The notes under the pieces are model-generated. The model was given only the letters and a program-made list of their open reading frames with translations. It searched no databases and was not told the DNA's origin. From the NCBI GenBank assembly GCA_913055815.1, contig CAJXKR010000001.1, positions 1 through 53,420 of the forward strand: DNA of 53,420 nt. Direction: 5' to 3'. Positions within the stretch are counted from its first letter, which is position 1. Each line of letters starts with the position of its first letter. A program made the position numbers and the translations under genes. Positions 27,401 through 42,400 of the stretch are shown here, one piece after another. The DNA comes from an uncultured Desulfohalobiaceae bacterium (GTDB lineage: Bacteria > Desulfobacterota > Desulfovibrionia > Desulfovibrionales > Desulfothermaceae).

Positions 27401-30400
27401 CCGCAGGTGGGTCCGGGGGGATGGCCAACAGCAGTAAAGATGCGGGGAGTATTGCAGGCGCAGTGTCGTTCAATACTGTTAACCACGATGTTGGTTCACA
27501 AGTTGACAACAGCCATATTGATCCAAGCAAAAACCTTTTAGTTACTGCCTGGGATCGTTCCGACATCTACGCAGATGCAGGCGGGGTGGCCCTGATGGCT
27601 GACAAAGGCGGTGGCAGCAGTGTGAGCGTGGGCCTGTCAGTGCAGAAAAATAATATACATACGGATACCAAAGCCAGGCTGACAGACAGTAAAGTGACTG
27701 GGGCACAAGATGTGGTTTTGAGTTCCCTGGACGCGGCACAGATAAAAGGGTTTTCCGCCTCTGGTGCGGGTACGGTGCAGAAGAGCGGTTCAGGTCAGTA
27801 CCAGGATCCGGAGACCCAGATGAAAAGCCGGGAGAGCGAGGTCTCCACAGGGGTGAATAAATACGAAAACTGGCATCAGGATGGTTTCAAGAGATTGGAT
27901 CCCACCAAGCAAACTCCTTGGCACGCGGGGGAAAGTGACGGGCAGTCCTCTGAGGGTTCCACAACCACTTCACTCCAGGCCTCAGGTTCCAGTACTGCGG
28001 TTGCGGCAGCAGGTACTGTGTCCAAAAATGACGTGAAAGGGGACACAAATGCGCTTATAAGCGGTTCCCAAGGAATTGATGTCCAAAACATGAACATTAT
28101 TGCCCGCGATGATTCCTTGATAAAGGTAGACGCCGGGGCGGGCAGCCTAGCCCTGAACCTGAAATTACAAGGCGAGGGCAGTGGTAATAGCCTCTCTGTA
28201 GGCTTTTCCCTGGCCCTTAATAAAGTGGATAACGATGTTACTGCCGGAGTTGAAAATCCGGACAAGGATATTGATATCCAGGAATCCACTTTTGTGGATG
28301 CCAGTTCCGACTCCCGGATAAAGAATCTGAGTGTGGCCGGCTCAGTAGCAGGGGGTTATAATGAAGATGGAGACGCCGTCTCCATATCCGGAGTAGGCGC
28401 AACCTCCAAGAATACAGTCCACAATACTGTCCGGGCCAGTTTGTCCGCCCAGAACAAGGGACATGCAATCAACAGCGATCGCGGTATAAGTTTGAGTTCC
28501 AGAGACAATTCCAAGATCCAAGCCAAGGCCATGGGCGCGGTATTGAACTCTGCCATTAGCACTAGTGGTTCCGGAGACAGCTTTAGTATTGGGGAAACCA
28601 CAGCGCTGAACAATGTTACCAACACGGCGAAGAGTTTTGTGCGCAATCTGGAGCTAAAAACCACGGAAAATGCTGGCAAGAACATCATTTCCAGCACCGG
28701 GAAAGATACACGACTTGCAGGCGGCGAGATAGTCCATGATCAAAATCAAGACCGTTATTACCGCTATATTGGAATAGATCAAGATTTAAAATCCTCATAC
28801 GGAGATATTCATTTTCGCTATGAGATGGATTTACCCAAATTAATGAATGTCGATGATTTTTCCGATACTGACCAATGGAGGGATATTACCGGGGAGGTTA
28901 CGGACAAGCAGGGTAACGAGGATGTTCCGGGTATACTTTCCAGGGCTACAAGTGGGGCCAATATACATGTCCGGGCCATTGGTGCCCAGATAGGAGCGGA
29001 TTTTAGTTCCGAGGACAGCCTCAACATCTCACTTGGGGCTACTGTGTCCAAGAACAAGATAGACAATGATGTGCAAAGCTTTGTGAAAAACGCCCCATCA
29101 GTTGATGTAAAAGATTCGGATGTGCAGATACAGGCCAACTCCGCCGGCAAGCAGCTCCTTTCCAGGGATTCTTCGGATCTGCAGTTTTCAGCCCTGGATC
29201 TGGATATCGCTGCTGCCTATGCAGACAAGGATGGTTCTGCCTATCAAGACGAAGCACAGTCCACTTTGAAGGAGTTGGAAAATCTGCTCGGGATTGCGGA
29301 CCAGGACAAGATATTCAGCAAGAAATCCAAACTGACAACTAAGGGGAAGTATTGGAAATATACCAAACATGACGGCAAGCAGAAAGTGCATCAGGGCGAC
29401 CGGGTACTAGCCGGGGATCAACTCTTTAAATATACCGGTGATTCCCAGAAGCTGGATTTGGGCGAACAGGAATATTTACAATCCGATAACTGGACTTCTG
29501 TGCAAGTAGAGAAGAACCAGACCTGGTCTTTGCTCACTCCTGACGGGGATGCTTACAGTTTGCAAACCACCGGGGATACAAATGACAAGTTGAAGTTCGA
29601 AGTCTTTGACAAGAATATAAATTCCGTGTCAGCCGCTGCCTCTTTATCTGCGAGCCTGAGTGGTGACTCGGGTATATCGGTCAGCGGGGCAGGTGCAGTG
29701 GCTATAAACAGCATCAGGGGAAAGACCAGTGCCTCTATCCGGGACAGTGAGATTACAAATGCACAGGATGTGCAGCTGAGTGCGGAAAACAGCTCTGGCA
29801 TTGCCTCTACCGTGGTGGCCCTCTCCGGATCTGTTTCAGTGGGTGATTCCGGAGCCGGTGTTTCCCTGGGTAGTGCGGTAGCCCGTAATTTCATAGGTTA
29901 TAGCGCCACAGGAGACAAAGACAGCCGTGAAGTCCAGGCCTATATAGATTCCTCCAGTGTTCAAGCCGATGGAAGCCTGAACCCGCGGGCCATTGCCGGG
30001 CAAAAGATCAGTACAGTGGTTATTTCCGGTTCAGTAGCTGTGACTGCGGGGGAGGGCGATGCTCTGGGAGCGAGTGGTTCCGGTGTCTGGGCCCAGAACA
30101 GGATTGCTGTGGATACCAAAGCTTATGTGCACCAGGGCGGGAACTCCAATATCGAAGTAAGCAAGGCGAGTCTGGAGGCTGCAGACAAGTCCTCGGTCTT
30201 TGCCCATGCAGGTTCTGCCTCGATAGCTGCAAGTTTTACCGGCGGAGACAGCGCAGACCTGTCCCTGGGAGTGAGCCTGGCCAGAAACCGGATAGACAAC
30301 GATGTCCGGGCAGATGTAAAAGGGGCTGAACAAAAATTCAAGACCACCTCCGGGGATATTTCCATAAAGGCTGAAAACTCTGCACGGATCAAGTCCATTG

Positions 30401-33400
30401 CCTGGGCCGCCTCCTTGGCAGCAGGTTTTAGCGGAGGGGACAGTCTGAGCGTTAGCGGTGCCGGGGCCCAGGCGGAGAACGTTATTAACAGCGGCACCAA
30501 GGCCTATACTGAGGACAGTAAGCTGGACAGTTCCAAAAATCTGGATTTAACAGCCAACGATGCCTCTTCCATAGATGCCTTTATCCTAGGGGCCTCGCTG
30601 GCAGTTAGCGGTTCCGGAGGTAGTGCCGCCGGATTATCTATCGGTGTCTCCCTGGCCAGGAACAGGATAGGTTGGGAGGAAGAAGATGTGGATGCGGATT
30701 ATACCACTAAGGATAATCCGGAGAAGATAAAAAACGGAGATAAAGTAAAGATTGCCCAAGGTGTGCGCAAAGGGGATGTATACAAATATATTGCTCAGGA
30801 TAATTTGACCAGGCCAGATAAGAAGGGTGCTTCCGGCTGGTTGAGCAATATGGATTATGCCAACAAAGAAGCATGGGAACTGGTCAACCGCAAGGCAAGC
30901 GAGAGCACGGTCAAGGCTTATGCCCGGGATACCACACTCCAGGCCCGGGATGAGGTTAAGATTGAGGCCAAATCCAACTCACAGATAGATGCACATGTGT
31001 ATGCCTTTTCCGGGGCGATATCTGTTGCCGGTTCTGCCGGGGTGGCCCTGAGCGGTTCCGGGGCGAATGCGGTTAATCGTATCTCCACTGATGTTCAGGC
31101 GGGAGTCAAGGGAGACGGAAAACAAGATACCCGGGAAGTCCGGGCTAATGATCTTACTGTCCGGGCTGTCGATAAATCCCGAATCCACGCCCACCTGGGC
31201 ACTGCCTCTCTGGGTGTTGCCATGGGCGGGGACTTGGGAATATCCGCCTCCATAGGGGTCAGTCTGGCCCACAATGCAATAAGTAACAGCGCGATAGCCT
31301 CAATAGGCAATGCAGAAATCCATGTAACAGACCTGGATATGAAAGCCCGGGACAAGTCGGAGATATATGCCCACAGCTGGGCAGCCGCAGCAGCAGTTGG
31401 CGGCGGCGGTATAGCCGGAGTCGGGGCAGCCGGAGCTGGGGCGCATGCCCAAAACAGCATAAACAACCAGACCAAGGCCTATATAGCGAATAATTCCCAA
31501 ATCCAGGCTGAAGAGGTTGGCATCCGGGCAGAGAATACGGCAACCATCAAGTCCAAGACCTGGTCGTGGGCCGCGGGCGTTGGTATAGGTGGGGTAGGTG
31601 GCGTCGGTGCAGCTGTAGGCGGGGCCAAAGCAGAGAATTTTATAGGCCATACAGGGGATAGTAAAGTCCTGGCCTATGCAAAAGACTCCACTTTCAAGCC
31701 AAGTAAAAAGCTGGAGATACGTGCTCAAAATGAATCCACAATTGATGCCCGGGTAAGCTCAGGATCCGTGGCACTGGGCGGGGGAGGCCTGCTGGGAGGC
31801 GCTATCAGCGCTTCAGGTACGCATACCAAGAATATTACAGCCACTGAGGTCCGGGCGTATAGTAAAAACTCTTCTATCGTGGAGACTTATTCCTTCTTTT
31901 CCCAGGATCCCTCCCAGGAGCACTATGTGTCCAGTCATGACAAAAAGGTAAAGGTGATGCCTGGCAAAACATTGGTCCAGGATGGGCACAGCGATAACAA
32001 TGCGGTTTATCGCTATACCGGCAAGAAAAAAAGAGAGATCAGTCTCAGCCAAGTAGACTATACACAGTCCGATCAATGGAAACAGTACAAAGACCTGGAA
32101 ATCAAGGTCAAGTCCCAAGATGAGTCAACAATAAAGGCTCATACCCAGGCGATCTCTGTAGCGGAGTCTATAGGTACAGTTGGGGGCTCTGTGTCTGTGT
32201 CAGTTGCGTTGGCCAAAAACGAGGTTAAAAACGATGTTCAGGCTTATGTGGATGATAATGCTAAGATAGATGCAGGCGGTTTAGTTGTGCAGGCTAGTGA
32301 AAATGCCAAGGTGGATTCCAGTTCATTAGTGTTTTCCTCGGCAGGTTCTGCAAGTTTGGGTTTTGCTTTGTCCGGGGCAGGGGGAAGCACCAAAGCTGTA
32401 GTAGATACGACCACCAAGGCCTATATAAAGGACAGCCCAAGCATCGACTTGGCTAATGACCTGAATGTGTATGCCCAGACCAAGGTGGATGTTGACGCCG
32501 AGGTGGACGGCCAATCCCAGGCCCTGAGTGCAATCGGTGTAGCGGGAGAGGGGTCAAAAGTGAAGGTGGAGTTGAATCCCGTCACCGAGGCTTATGTGGA
32601 CAATAGCAGGATCAAGTCTGCGGATGATGTCAGGATTGAGGCGGATCAGGCCTCTGTCAGCGCCACGGCCACGGCCAAGGGTTTTTCCGTGGGGACGGGT
32701 GCTGCTGTGGGGGTGTCCGAGGCCACGGTGCAAAAGAATAAATCCAGTCAGGTCATTGCCCGGGCAGGAGAGGATGTGCGGATCGACAAGGCCAGTTTGC
32801 TCTCGGTACAGGCCTTGGGTGAGAGTACACTGCGGGCAGAGAGCGTGGCTGGCAGCGGGGCTCTGGGGTATAGCGCAGCAGGGGCCCAATCCAAAACCAG
32901 GGAAAATACAAGAGTACGGGCCGTAATCGGCAAAAATGCCCGGATCGGCACTAAAGACCAGGGCAATGTACAATCATTGAATATTGTCTCCAATTACCAT
33001 CAGGACGTGGATTCCCGGGCGGATGCCATATCTGTGGCTGGAGCAAAATCCGGTGCCGGCGCCGTTGCTGAAAATACCATACTTAGTTCCTCCCGGGTAA
33101 ATATTGGCAAAAACGCCCGGGTTACCGTCCAGGACGATGCGGTTATCCATGCTGACAATAAGTTAACCAAGAACAAGTATGATCTGAATATCAATTCAGG
33201 TGCCGCAGCAGCCGAGAGTCTGAGTTCACTTTCCAGTGTCACCCACATAGGTAAACAAGACGAGCGCTTCTTGGCCAAGGTCGAGGTTCAGGACGGGGCC
33301 AAGTTGCTTATCAAGGGCAGTTTGCAGGACAAGGGCATATTCCATGTAAGGGCGCGCACACACGTCGATGCCCAAGACAAGGTCAAATTAAAGGCTGCCG

Positions 33401-36400
33401 GCGGCCTTGATGTTGCTCTGGCCAAGTCCGAGATCAAGGCCTATACAGGATCCGAGGTGGAGCTAAACGCTGCCACGTTGAAGAACAAGACCGGGGACCT
33501 GTACATTACTACTCGGACCTACTCCCAGACCAGTCCGGACGTAAGTGTTAAGATGGTGGATTTAATTGGTGGAGCCGGTGCCCAAGCCAGGGGCGTGGTA
33601 GATGCAAATAACCATATCAAGGCGGATGATGCCTATATCCAGGCCAATACTGTCTATATGCGGGCTGGACAAAATACAAAGGGGGTAACCAATAACCTGG
33701 GAGGCGATTCAAGGAGCACCATAAAGACTGCCGGTTTGTTTAATATCGATGATCCCAAGGCCCATTTGAGCATTAATGAAGATAATCAAATTTATTTAAA
33801 GGATGGAACCAAGGTGTATTCCCTGGGCAATGTATTCTTGAGTGCCCGGGAAGGCATGGGGGGGGATAAGCGCGGCAATGTAAGTACTCATATGATAAAT
33901 ATCGGTATCCCGCCTTACGGCGGCTCCGGTGACGGGGATAAGGATGTAAGCAGTACCAATAAAGTGAATGCGGGAGATAATGTCAAGGTTCAGGCTGGCG
34001 TGCACAGTAATTTGAAGCTTCATGTGAAAAAACTTCCCTCGGACAAAGACTTTGGCGATACAGTGCAGGTTGATTCCGGTATTACTTATGAGTATGCCAA
34101 GCCAGAATATACACTGGGATCCACAGACACTGACAATGACCAAAAGATGTTCAAGGACTTGAAGAAGAACCTGGCCATTTATAAACCCCAGCATATGCCT
34201 ACTGCAGAACTGCAGAGCGTGAATGTTGCGAATATGCTTTTAAAGAGATACGAAAATCTCCAGAAATGGATAACCAATCATGCCAGCGATACACAGGCTG
34301 TGGCCCGGTATCAGAGCGAGAAAAAGGAGGTTAAAAAAGCCCTTGAAAAATTGGGATTAACTGAAGAACTCTCCAAGGATGGCAAAACTCATAAGATGGT
34401 CAACAAACAGTATGACCGTATCATGTTAAAGTTGCCGGACAGTTACGCAGCCCCGGGCTCTGTTTTTGTAAACGCTTCCAGTACCGGGAAATCCAAGGTG
34501 GAAAACTGGACTGGCCAAAATATACTCCAGGGCAGCAGCGGAGCGGAAATAAACATAGCAAACCAGAGCCCTTTCAGTATGCTAGTGGAAAATGCGGTTA
34601 TCCACGACACCAATGTCAGGTTCCCTGCTGGGAATACCTCCAAGGCATTTAAACCTGGACACGTGTTTTTCAATAAGAAGAGCGTCTCAGGCAGTGATGC
34701 ACAAAAGGACAACAAGATCAATATAACCCAGGATACCGGAGATGCCGAAACCTACTTGGGCAAATCCTGGAGCAATCTTAGTGACGAACAGAAAAATAGA
34801 TTCGAATCCTCGGGGAAACATCTTTATTTGCGGGGCACTGTTTACAATCATGTCGGGGATGTGGAAGTAACTAACCAAGATGGCTCAATCAACGTCACCG
34901 GTAAATTAAAGGGTAAGAATGTCAATGTTAAGGCCAATGGGAATTTTGACCTGAATACTTCCGGTTTGGAGCAACTGGCTGATCCCAGGCAGGTATACAA
35001 GAGCGCAATAGACAAGTTGCAAGGGGAGGTGGACAAAGATTCCACCAAGTACAAGGATAAACTTTCCAGTAACGATCAGGATGAAAGCCAGATCCATGCC
35101 AGGGGACATGTGGATATAAACGCCAAGGCAATAAATATCAACGGAAGCATCAAAAGCGGTGTTAGTGATATGGTTGTCAATATAAAGGAATCTTTTTCAC
35201 CTGATCAAAATGTGCGCATACGTCCCCAGGGCAAGAACAATGAAACCATTAAGCAATTGGAGAACATGTCCCAACCCCAGGCTTCGGTGCCTGGAATCGA
35301 TTATAGTTCGGAAAGCGGGTTCCCCACTCCTATAACCGGATTTTTCGATGCCAATAAAGAACAGATCGTGATCAATGAACTGCAGCCAACTGCCGGACGG
35401 GTAACTCTGGCCGGGGAAATCATCAATACCGGCCAGGGCAACATCCAGGTAGCCCAGGGAACCCCTCATGTCGAGATAAATAACCAAAGCGAGTACGACC
35501 TGACCTTGAGGGGTATTGATACGCGTTCCACTTCCCGGGGCAAGATAGTGCTCAAGGATACCAAGACCCTGCAAAAAGACGAGTATATATTCCAACAAAA
35601 TGCTAAAGGAAAGCAGGAAATTGTGCACAATCATTACAAAGGCACTGAAACAACGAATGATCAGGGCAATCCAACTATTGATTATGAAAAACAAAAAACG
35701 GAAAAGAAAACCGATAGTGATGCGAATTTTAAATACAAGCCCCAGGAGGGTCGCTATTATCACTGGGTAAGCGGCCAAGAAGTGACCAAAGTTACTAAAA
35801 AAACATATAAAGATAATTCTATTTTGGGGATTGATGCCTTGGTCAAGAACGGCACCCTGGTCAATAAGAGTACGCATCCTGATGATCCCAGGCCTTTGCT
35901 AGAGTCGCAATCTGTTGTGAACGAAAACAACGAGGATGCCGCATTCAAGGTATATCATTTTCAGAAGAGAAACACTGCAGTTGAGTTAAAGAAAAACATT
36001 ACCCAGGTTCGGGAAGTGGATTCAAACAAGATTTACAGCTACCAGGGTAAGGATGGTGCAAAAAAGACACTGAGCAAGATCGATTATGCAAATTCTTCAA
36101 ACTGGAAGCAGGCGAATCTAACCGGCCAAGAAAAGAAAAATTGGTCTGCAGATCCCGGGAATAACAAGTATAAGAGCACATATAACAATAAGACTGTAAC
36201 CCATCATAAATGGACTACCCATCACGGTTTTCTGGATTTGGAGAAAACCGTGCATCTTCGGGAAACCATAACTGCAGGATACAAAGAATATTACCACAAT
36301 TGGATAAAAGCGGATAACGAGATTACAATCGAGCCCCGGCATATAGCCAATGATCCGGGCATATTTGTTAATACCCGGAATGATTTGCACATAAACGGTG

Positions 36401-39400
36401 ATATTCACGTATCTTCTAATAGTCCTGACAAGCCAATACACCTTACCAGCAATAATGGTTCGATAAAGACCACTTCAGGTGCGGGCATATACGGCAAAAG
36501 CCCGGAAGTGACAGCAGGTGAAAAGGTTGACTTGCTGGTGGAGGGCGAACAGGGTGCGTTAAATGTACAGGCAGATCAGGATGTCAAGCTAAAAGCAGTT
36601 GGTAGTACTTCCTCCAGTTCCCGGAGTAGGGCAAGCTTGGTCCTGAAGAAGGTCCATTCAGAACACGGGGATGTACATATTGCTGCCCAGGAAGGCATCG
36701 GCGGGCACAGCGAGTCATCCGGAGCGCACGTCAAGGGGGATTTGATCCAGTTGGATGCACGGGAAGGTGGTATACAGGCCAAGGGTAGTGGCGATGACTA
36801 CCTCAGGGTGAACAGCGATGTTTCCGGCAACGGGGGAGTGGCAGCCTGGGCCACGAACAATGTTTATATCCAGCAGACGCAGGGCGATCTGAAGATAGCA
36901 GATCCCCAAGCCTGGGAAATAGGGGATACAGGCAATTCCCAGCAAGCAGGTGCGGCTGTGATCTCTACCGGACACCAGGTGCACTTGAAAGCGTCCAGTG
37001 GTTCCATCCTGGATGCAGTCTACGAAAAGGGTAGGTCCAATAACCAAGACCCGTATTTGTCTCCTGGGCTTATGCAGCATTTGTATCCCCATAGCCCCGA
37101 GATGTCCCAGAAATTTTCCGGGTCCGACAGTAGCGAAAGATTGAATGTCTCCGGGAGTGCCTTGAATCTGAACGCGAATGCGGACAGCGGAACGTTGGGT
37201 GCTTTCTCGGATGTGCTAACTATCGATATGGCCAACCTGAAAGACTTCCAGGATTTGTCCGGTACCAAGCAGCAAGCCCTGGCCAATGCAGCCCAGTCAG
37301 ATATCATCGGGGTGAATTATCCCATTTACCAGTACCAGGGTAATAAGCGGAAGATAGATTTGGCAGATGTAGAGGTAAAGAATGGCGCATTAGTCAAAAA
37401 TGTGCACGGCAATAACAATACGGTTTATCGCTACACCGGCCAGCAAACTAAGAATGTTGATCTTGACCAGGTGGACTATGCCCAATCCTCGGAGTGGCAA
37501 AAGTCCAACAAGGATTTTTCTTCACAGGACCCTTCAAAGGGGCATTATTTTTCCAGTTACGTTAACAAACAGCGGTTCGACAACGAGGCAGACTTGTGGA
37601 AGAAGCGGGAGATTGCCCATAGCACGCATACCAGCAGGAAACAGGAGCAAAAGGTGGACCTTGACAAGCACGACTGGGTGGAGGTTCGCTACAGCAAGTC
37701 CATTTACGGTCTGTACGAATACCTGGGGCAGGGCAAGCAGGATGTGGATTTGTCCGAGCAGGAGTTTACAGACGCCGCTCTCTGGAAAAAGCACAGCACT
37801 GCAGATGCGGATTTTCACAGCAGTGCCGGCGGAACTATCAAACTGCAGGAAAACGACTATGTAAGCAATAGGTTCAAGGTCCAGAGGATCACCTTGCAAA
37901 ATATCCAGGATTTGAACATCAAAGCCACGAGCCAGGTAAGTGCCGGTGGACAAAAGGTTGCCCTCAAGGCCAAGGGCGATCTGGACGTGGACAGCATCGA
38001 ATCTGCCGGGGATGTCCAAATACTCTCCTCTGGTGATCTGCTCCTGCAAAAGCAGGGACAGGTCCGTTCCTCAGCCCAGCATTCGGATATAGATCTCGAG
38101 GCAGGTGGTAAATTGCGAATCAAATCAACTTCTGAAGTCGAGGCAGCGAAGAAATATTCCAGTGTGCAGCTTGTCTCCCAAAACCAGATGCTCGTGCAGG
38201 GCAGTGTTACTGCGCACCAGGGTATGGACCTGGAAATGGGCACTGGAAACAAGGAACTTGCCCAGTATTTGGATAAAAACATGGATAAATATCTGACAAA
38301 CCATGATCAGGGCAAGTTTGGGTTCTTGCTGCAAGGAGGGACCCTGGAAACTCAATCCGGGAACGCGGACATAAATATTCGCAGTAAAGACGCCCTGATC
38401 CTGCAAGGCGACATTGACATAAAACAGGATAGATCGGACTTGACCCTGGAGTCCCGGGAATGGACCTATTGGCAGGGCAACACCCAGGTGGGCGGAGATA
38501 TCGAGTTGTACGGGGGTACAAAGAAACAGGGCCTGGAAATCGTGGATGAGAACGGGGCAAACACAGATGGAGTAAGTGTTTATCTGGCCCGGGAATCCGA
38601 GTTGATTACCTCGAATCCGGATAGCAGGATAGATGTTCACGCCTCTAAAAAGGCTATAATCAAGGGTGATCTGATTGCAGGCGGGAGCCTGGGAAACAAA
38701 GGGGTTAGCTTTGCAGGCCCGGGCTCCAGCGTGCAGGTGAAGAGCATAAATGGCCGGATAAGCATGCATAACGCGGAATTGGCAGCTTCCCAAAATGTGC
38801 AGGTATATGGAGGGAAACAGGACGCAGTTTCCGTGTATATGGACGACGATTCCATGCTTAACTCCGGGGGCAAATCAAATGATTCCGGCACGAGTCGAGT
38901 AAAGGTGGATGCACGAGGGGATGTTCAGATACTGGGCACGATTGTTTCCGGCGGCGTGGTGCACTCGGGGGATTACCCGTGGAGCCCGCAAGATGTCCAG
39001 TGGACCCAAAAGCCTTCCGAGTCCGAGATAGTTTTAGATTCCCGGGGACAGGTCCATCTGGGTGGCAAGGCAAAGACAGAACAGGGAGGCGAGGTAACAG
39101 TAGGCGCTGACTTGATGGCTTATTCCAAGGTCGATATCCAGGGAGGTAAAAGTAGTGACGGCATGGGCTTCAGGATGCCGGCCAAAGCAAATGTATACAG
39201 CCATGACAAGAATATCAGTATAGATTCAAAAAACGATGCGCAGCAAGTCCTCATTGAGGGTAAACTGCATTCAGCCGGGGATATGTCCATTTCAAGCAAG
39301 GGCGATGTCACAATTCTAGGCAAGGGTCAACTGGATGCCCAGGGTAAAGTAACTCTCAACGCGGGCGGAGACCTGGAGATCAAGGCTGATGCCCCCGGGG

Positions 39401-42400
39401 CACAAACCTGGCATGTTCGTAAACCGAACAACACTACCCAGGGAAAGCAAGTGCATGTCCCTGGAAATACCAACAAAACGAAAAGCGGCACCAAAAAAGT
39501 GAACAAGACACATTGGGAGCCTACTGTGGTTGAACGTAAAACAGGCAGTGCTGATGTGCAGGTGGGGACCAAGCATTACAGATTGGAGGACGTGGCCCTG
39601 AATCAGACAGGTTATTACAATGGTGAAAAGATCAGGGACTATTTTGTGGAGGGCGAGGATTACCATAATGAGCAGATAACTAACTGGGGTGACGCTAATA
39701 AGCCGCAAAACAACAATATCACTTTTGAAAGATTGACTGTCAAGCAGCGCAGGGCGGTGCTGAAACACCTCGGTTATCAGCCATTGTACGATCTTGCGAA
39801 GTATACCCCCCACGTGATTACAAAAACATATGGCCAAACGACTCACAAGGAAAAGAATCCTTGGAAGGGTAATGAGAAAAAGATCTACCACATGACGGAT
39901 GCCGAAAACCTGAAAAATACATATGTTCGTATGCCCAAGGGAGCGCAGAAGTGTTTTAATACTTCTGCCCAATCGGACACTAAATATCTGCATGGTGACA
40001 AGAAACTGGATGGGGAGCTGAATCTGGATAAGAAGCAATGGAGTTTGAGTCCAGATGCCCAGGGCAAGGTCAAATTGTATAAAGAGACTGGTCATAAGGG
40101 AAAAGAATATAAATTTTCCCCAGGCAAGTATCCTATCCTCAAGGGACTGGATAATAAGTTCTCTTCGCTCAAGGTGCCAGATGATATGTGGATAACTGCG
40201 TGGAGTGAGGAGAATTTTCACGGTATCAAGACTCACTGGACAAGTGCTGCTTCCTCCTTGGATAGCGATGACATCTCTTCCATAAAGGTGTGGTCTAAAG
40301 TGGATAAAAGTGCTTGGATCGAGAAAAAGAATAAAGCGAATGGCGAGCTGGTGGCCAGATATCAGGACACTGCCAAAGTGAAGTATCACCAGGATAGATC
40401 CAGGTTTCAATCAGGCGGGAAAATAGTGGGATATGAACCTTATCCTAATCCAGGCGAGCCAGAATATCCATCCAAAATTAAACGTCACGCCTATGAACCT
40501 GGTCCCGGAAGGTGGAAAATAGAGCTAGACAGTCAGGGCAAGCGCAAGTTCAATCTGGCTGAAAAGGGCGGTGAAGTGAGTTTGGACAAAAAGCCGGAAT
40601 GGGCAAAAGATATGAGCCATAAGCCCACGCCGAAGAACTATAAGCCCCAGCAAAATGACACACACATAAAAGACAACCCCAAGCATGTGCCTGATTTTTT
40701 CGGTACAGGACGAAACGTCTACGTGCCCCAGGGTTACCTCAAGGACACGGCCCGTGTAACAGGAGAAGTAGAGAAAGATGGAAATGAACCAACGGTTGGT
40801 TGGAAGTACACTGAGTACCATGAGCGCGCCTATGATAAAATAGAGGATTCAGTATCATATTCAAAAGCCAGTAAACATGCAAGAAGTAAATCTGATAGCA
40901 ATAGAGACGCTTTTCTTGCCATGCCAAGGACTGAAACTCAATTCAATGAGGTACGTATGCGAGTAGGTGACGGACATGGCGATCGGGCGTGGATTGGTAT
41001 AGTACAGCTTGATGATGGTAGCTGGGCTTATGACACAACCCCCTGGCACAATATTACTGATTGGTCTAATTTTTCTGAAATACCTTGGAAGGAAGGTGAG
41101 CCAAGTGGAAGTGGGGACGGAGGGCGTGTAAATACCTACAGGGAGGGGTGGAACGACGAACAAAGGACCAATACACATTGGTATATTGTCCAGTATGAGC
41201 CGTGGTGGGAGAAGTCGAAGCCTTTGTCTGAACAGTTCAAGGACTACACTTACGACTGGACCTCGCGCAGTGAAGACATACACGTGGAGCGCAACCAGCT
41301 AAATTATAACTGGGTGAAAAGCGCCTCTGAAAAAATCACCCGTAAAGAGTCTATTGATCATAGAAAGTCAACCCAGGTCAAGACAACGAATGGTGAACAG
41401 GTCACACAACAAAAACACCAACAGCAATATGATACAGATACCAAACTGGTTAGCAAACGAAGCACCTCCCAGGAAAAGGGCAATTTTGCCCGTTTTCACG
41501 GGGATTCCATCGACGGGGCGGATGTAGATATAGATGTCTCAGGCAAGGCGGATATCAGCGGGAATATAGTGGCAGACAAGAAGGACAAGGGTGAGGGCAC
41601 ACTCAGTATCCAAAGCGGTAAGGAGTTGTCAGTAGAGTGGCAAAAACCGAAACATTCGGATACTGACCACCCAGCCCGGATATTTCTCAAGGGAGGTGAG
41701 TCCCTGGAGCTGCATGCAGGCACGCAGTTGGACCTGGAGGATAATGTCAAATTGGGCCTGAAGGGCAAGAATGACACTGCACCCGGAGACAAGGTAGAAT
41801 TCCGGGCAGATGGGGATATCACCCAAAATGCGGATGTGACGGCCAGTGAGAAGATAACTGTTCATGCCGGACACGATGTCGATCTCAAGGGCAGGATGGA
41901 AGTTAAAGCCCAGGATGGCCATATCGATGTCCATGCCGGGGACGGTGGTTCGGGTTCCGAGCAGGATGGCAGTATCAGGGGGAACAAGCATACGCATCTG
42001 CTGGCTAAAGGAGAGCAGGGTGAGATAAGCCTTGCTGCCGGCAAGAGTGCTGGACACATAGATCTCAGGGGTTCTTATATCAATGCCCAAAAGCAAGTTG
42101 GCTTGAAGGCTCAAGGTGGCAAGGTGGAATTTTCCGGCATGGGCAAGTTGGACACCTCGACCCTCTATGGCCGGGCAAAACAGGGATTTAGTGTTGTTCA
42201 TACCCACAAGGAATCAAGCAAGACCGTGTCCAATGCCCACGTGGAAAAGCTGAATGTAGAGCTCTCCGGAAAAGGCAATATTGTTTTGAGCAATGACCGG
42301 AAGCTGACTTTGCAAAAGGTTGTTGCTGCCCATGGGGATATTGACATCAGTTCCCTGGGCAAGATGGAAGCGAACAACGTGCGCACCCAGGGTAGCGGAG

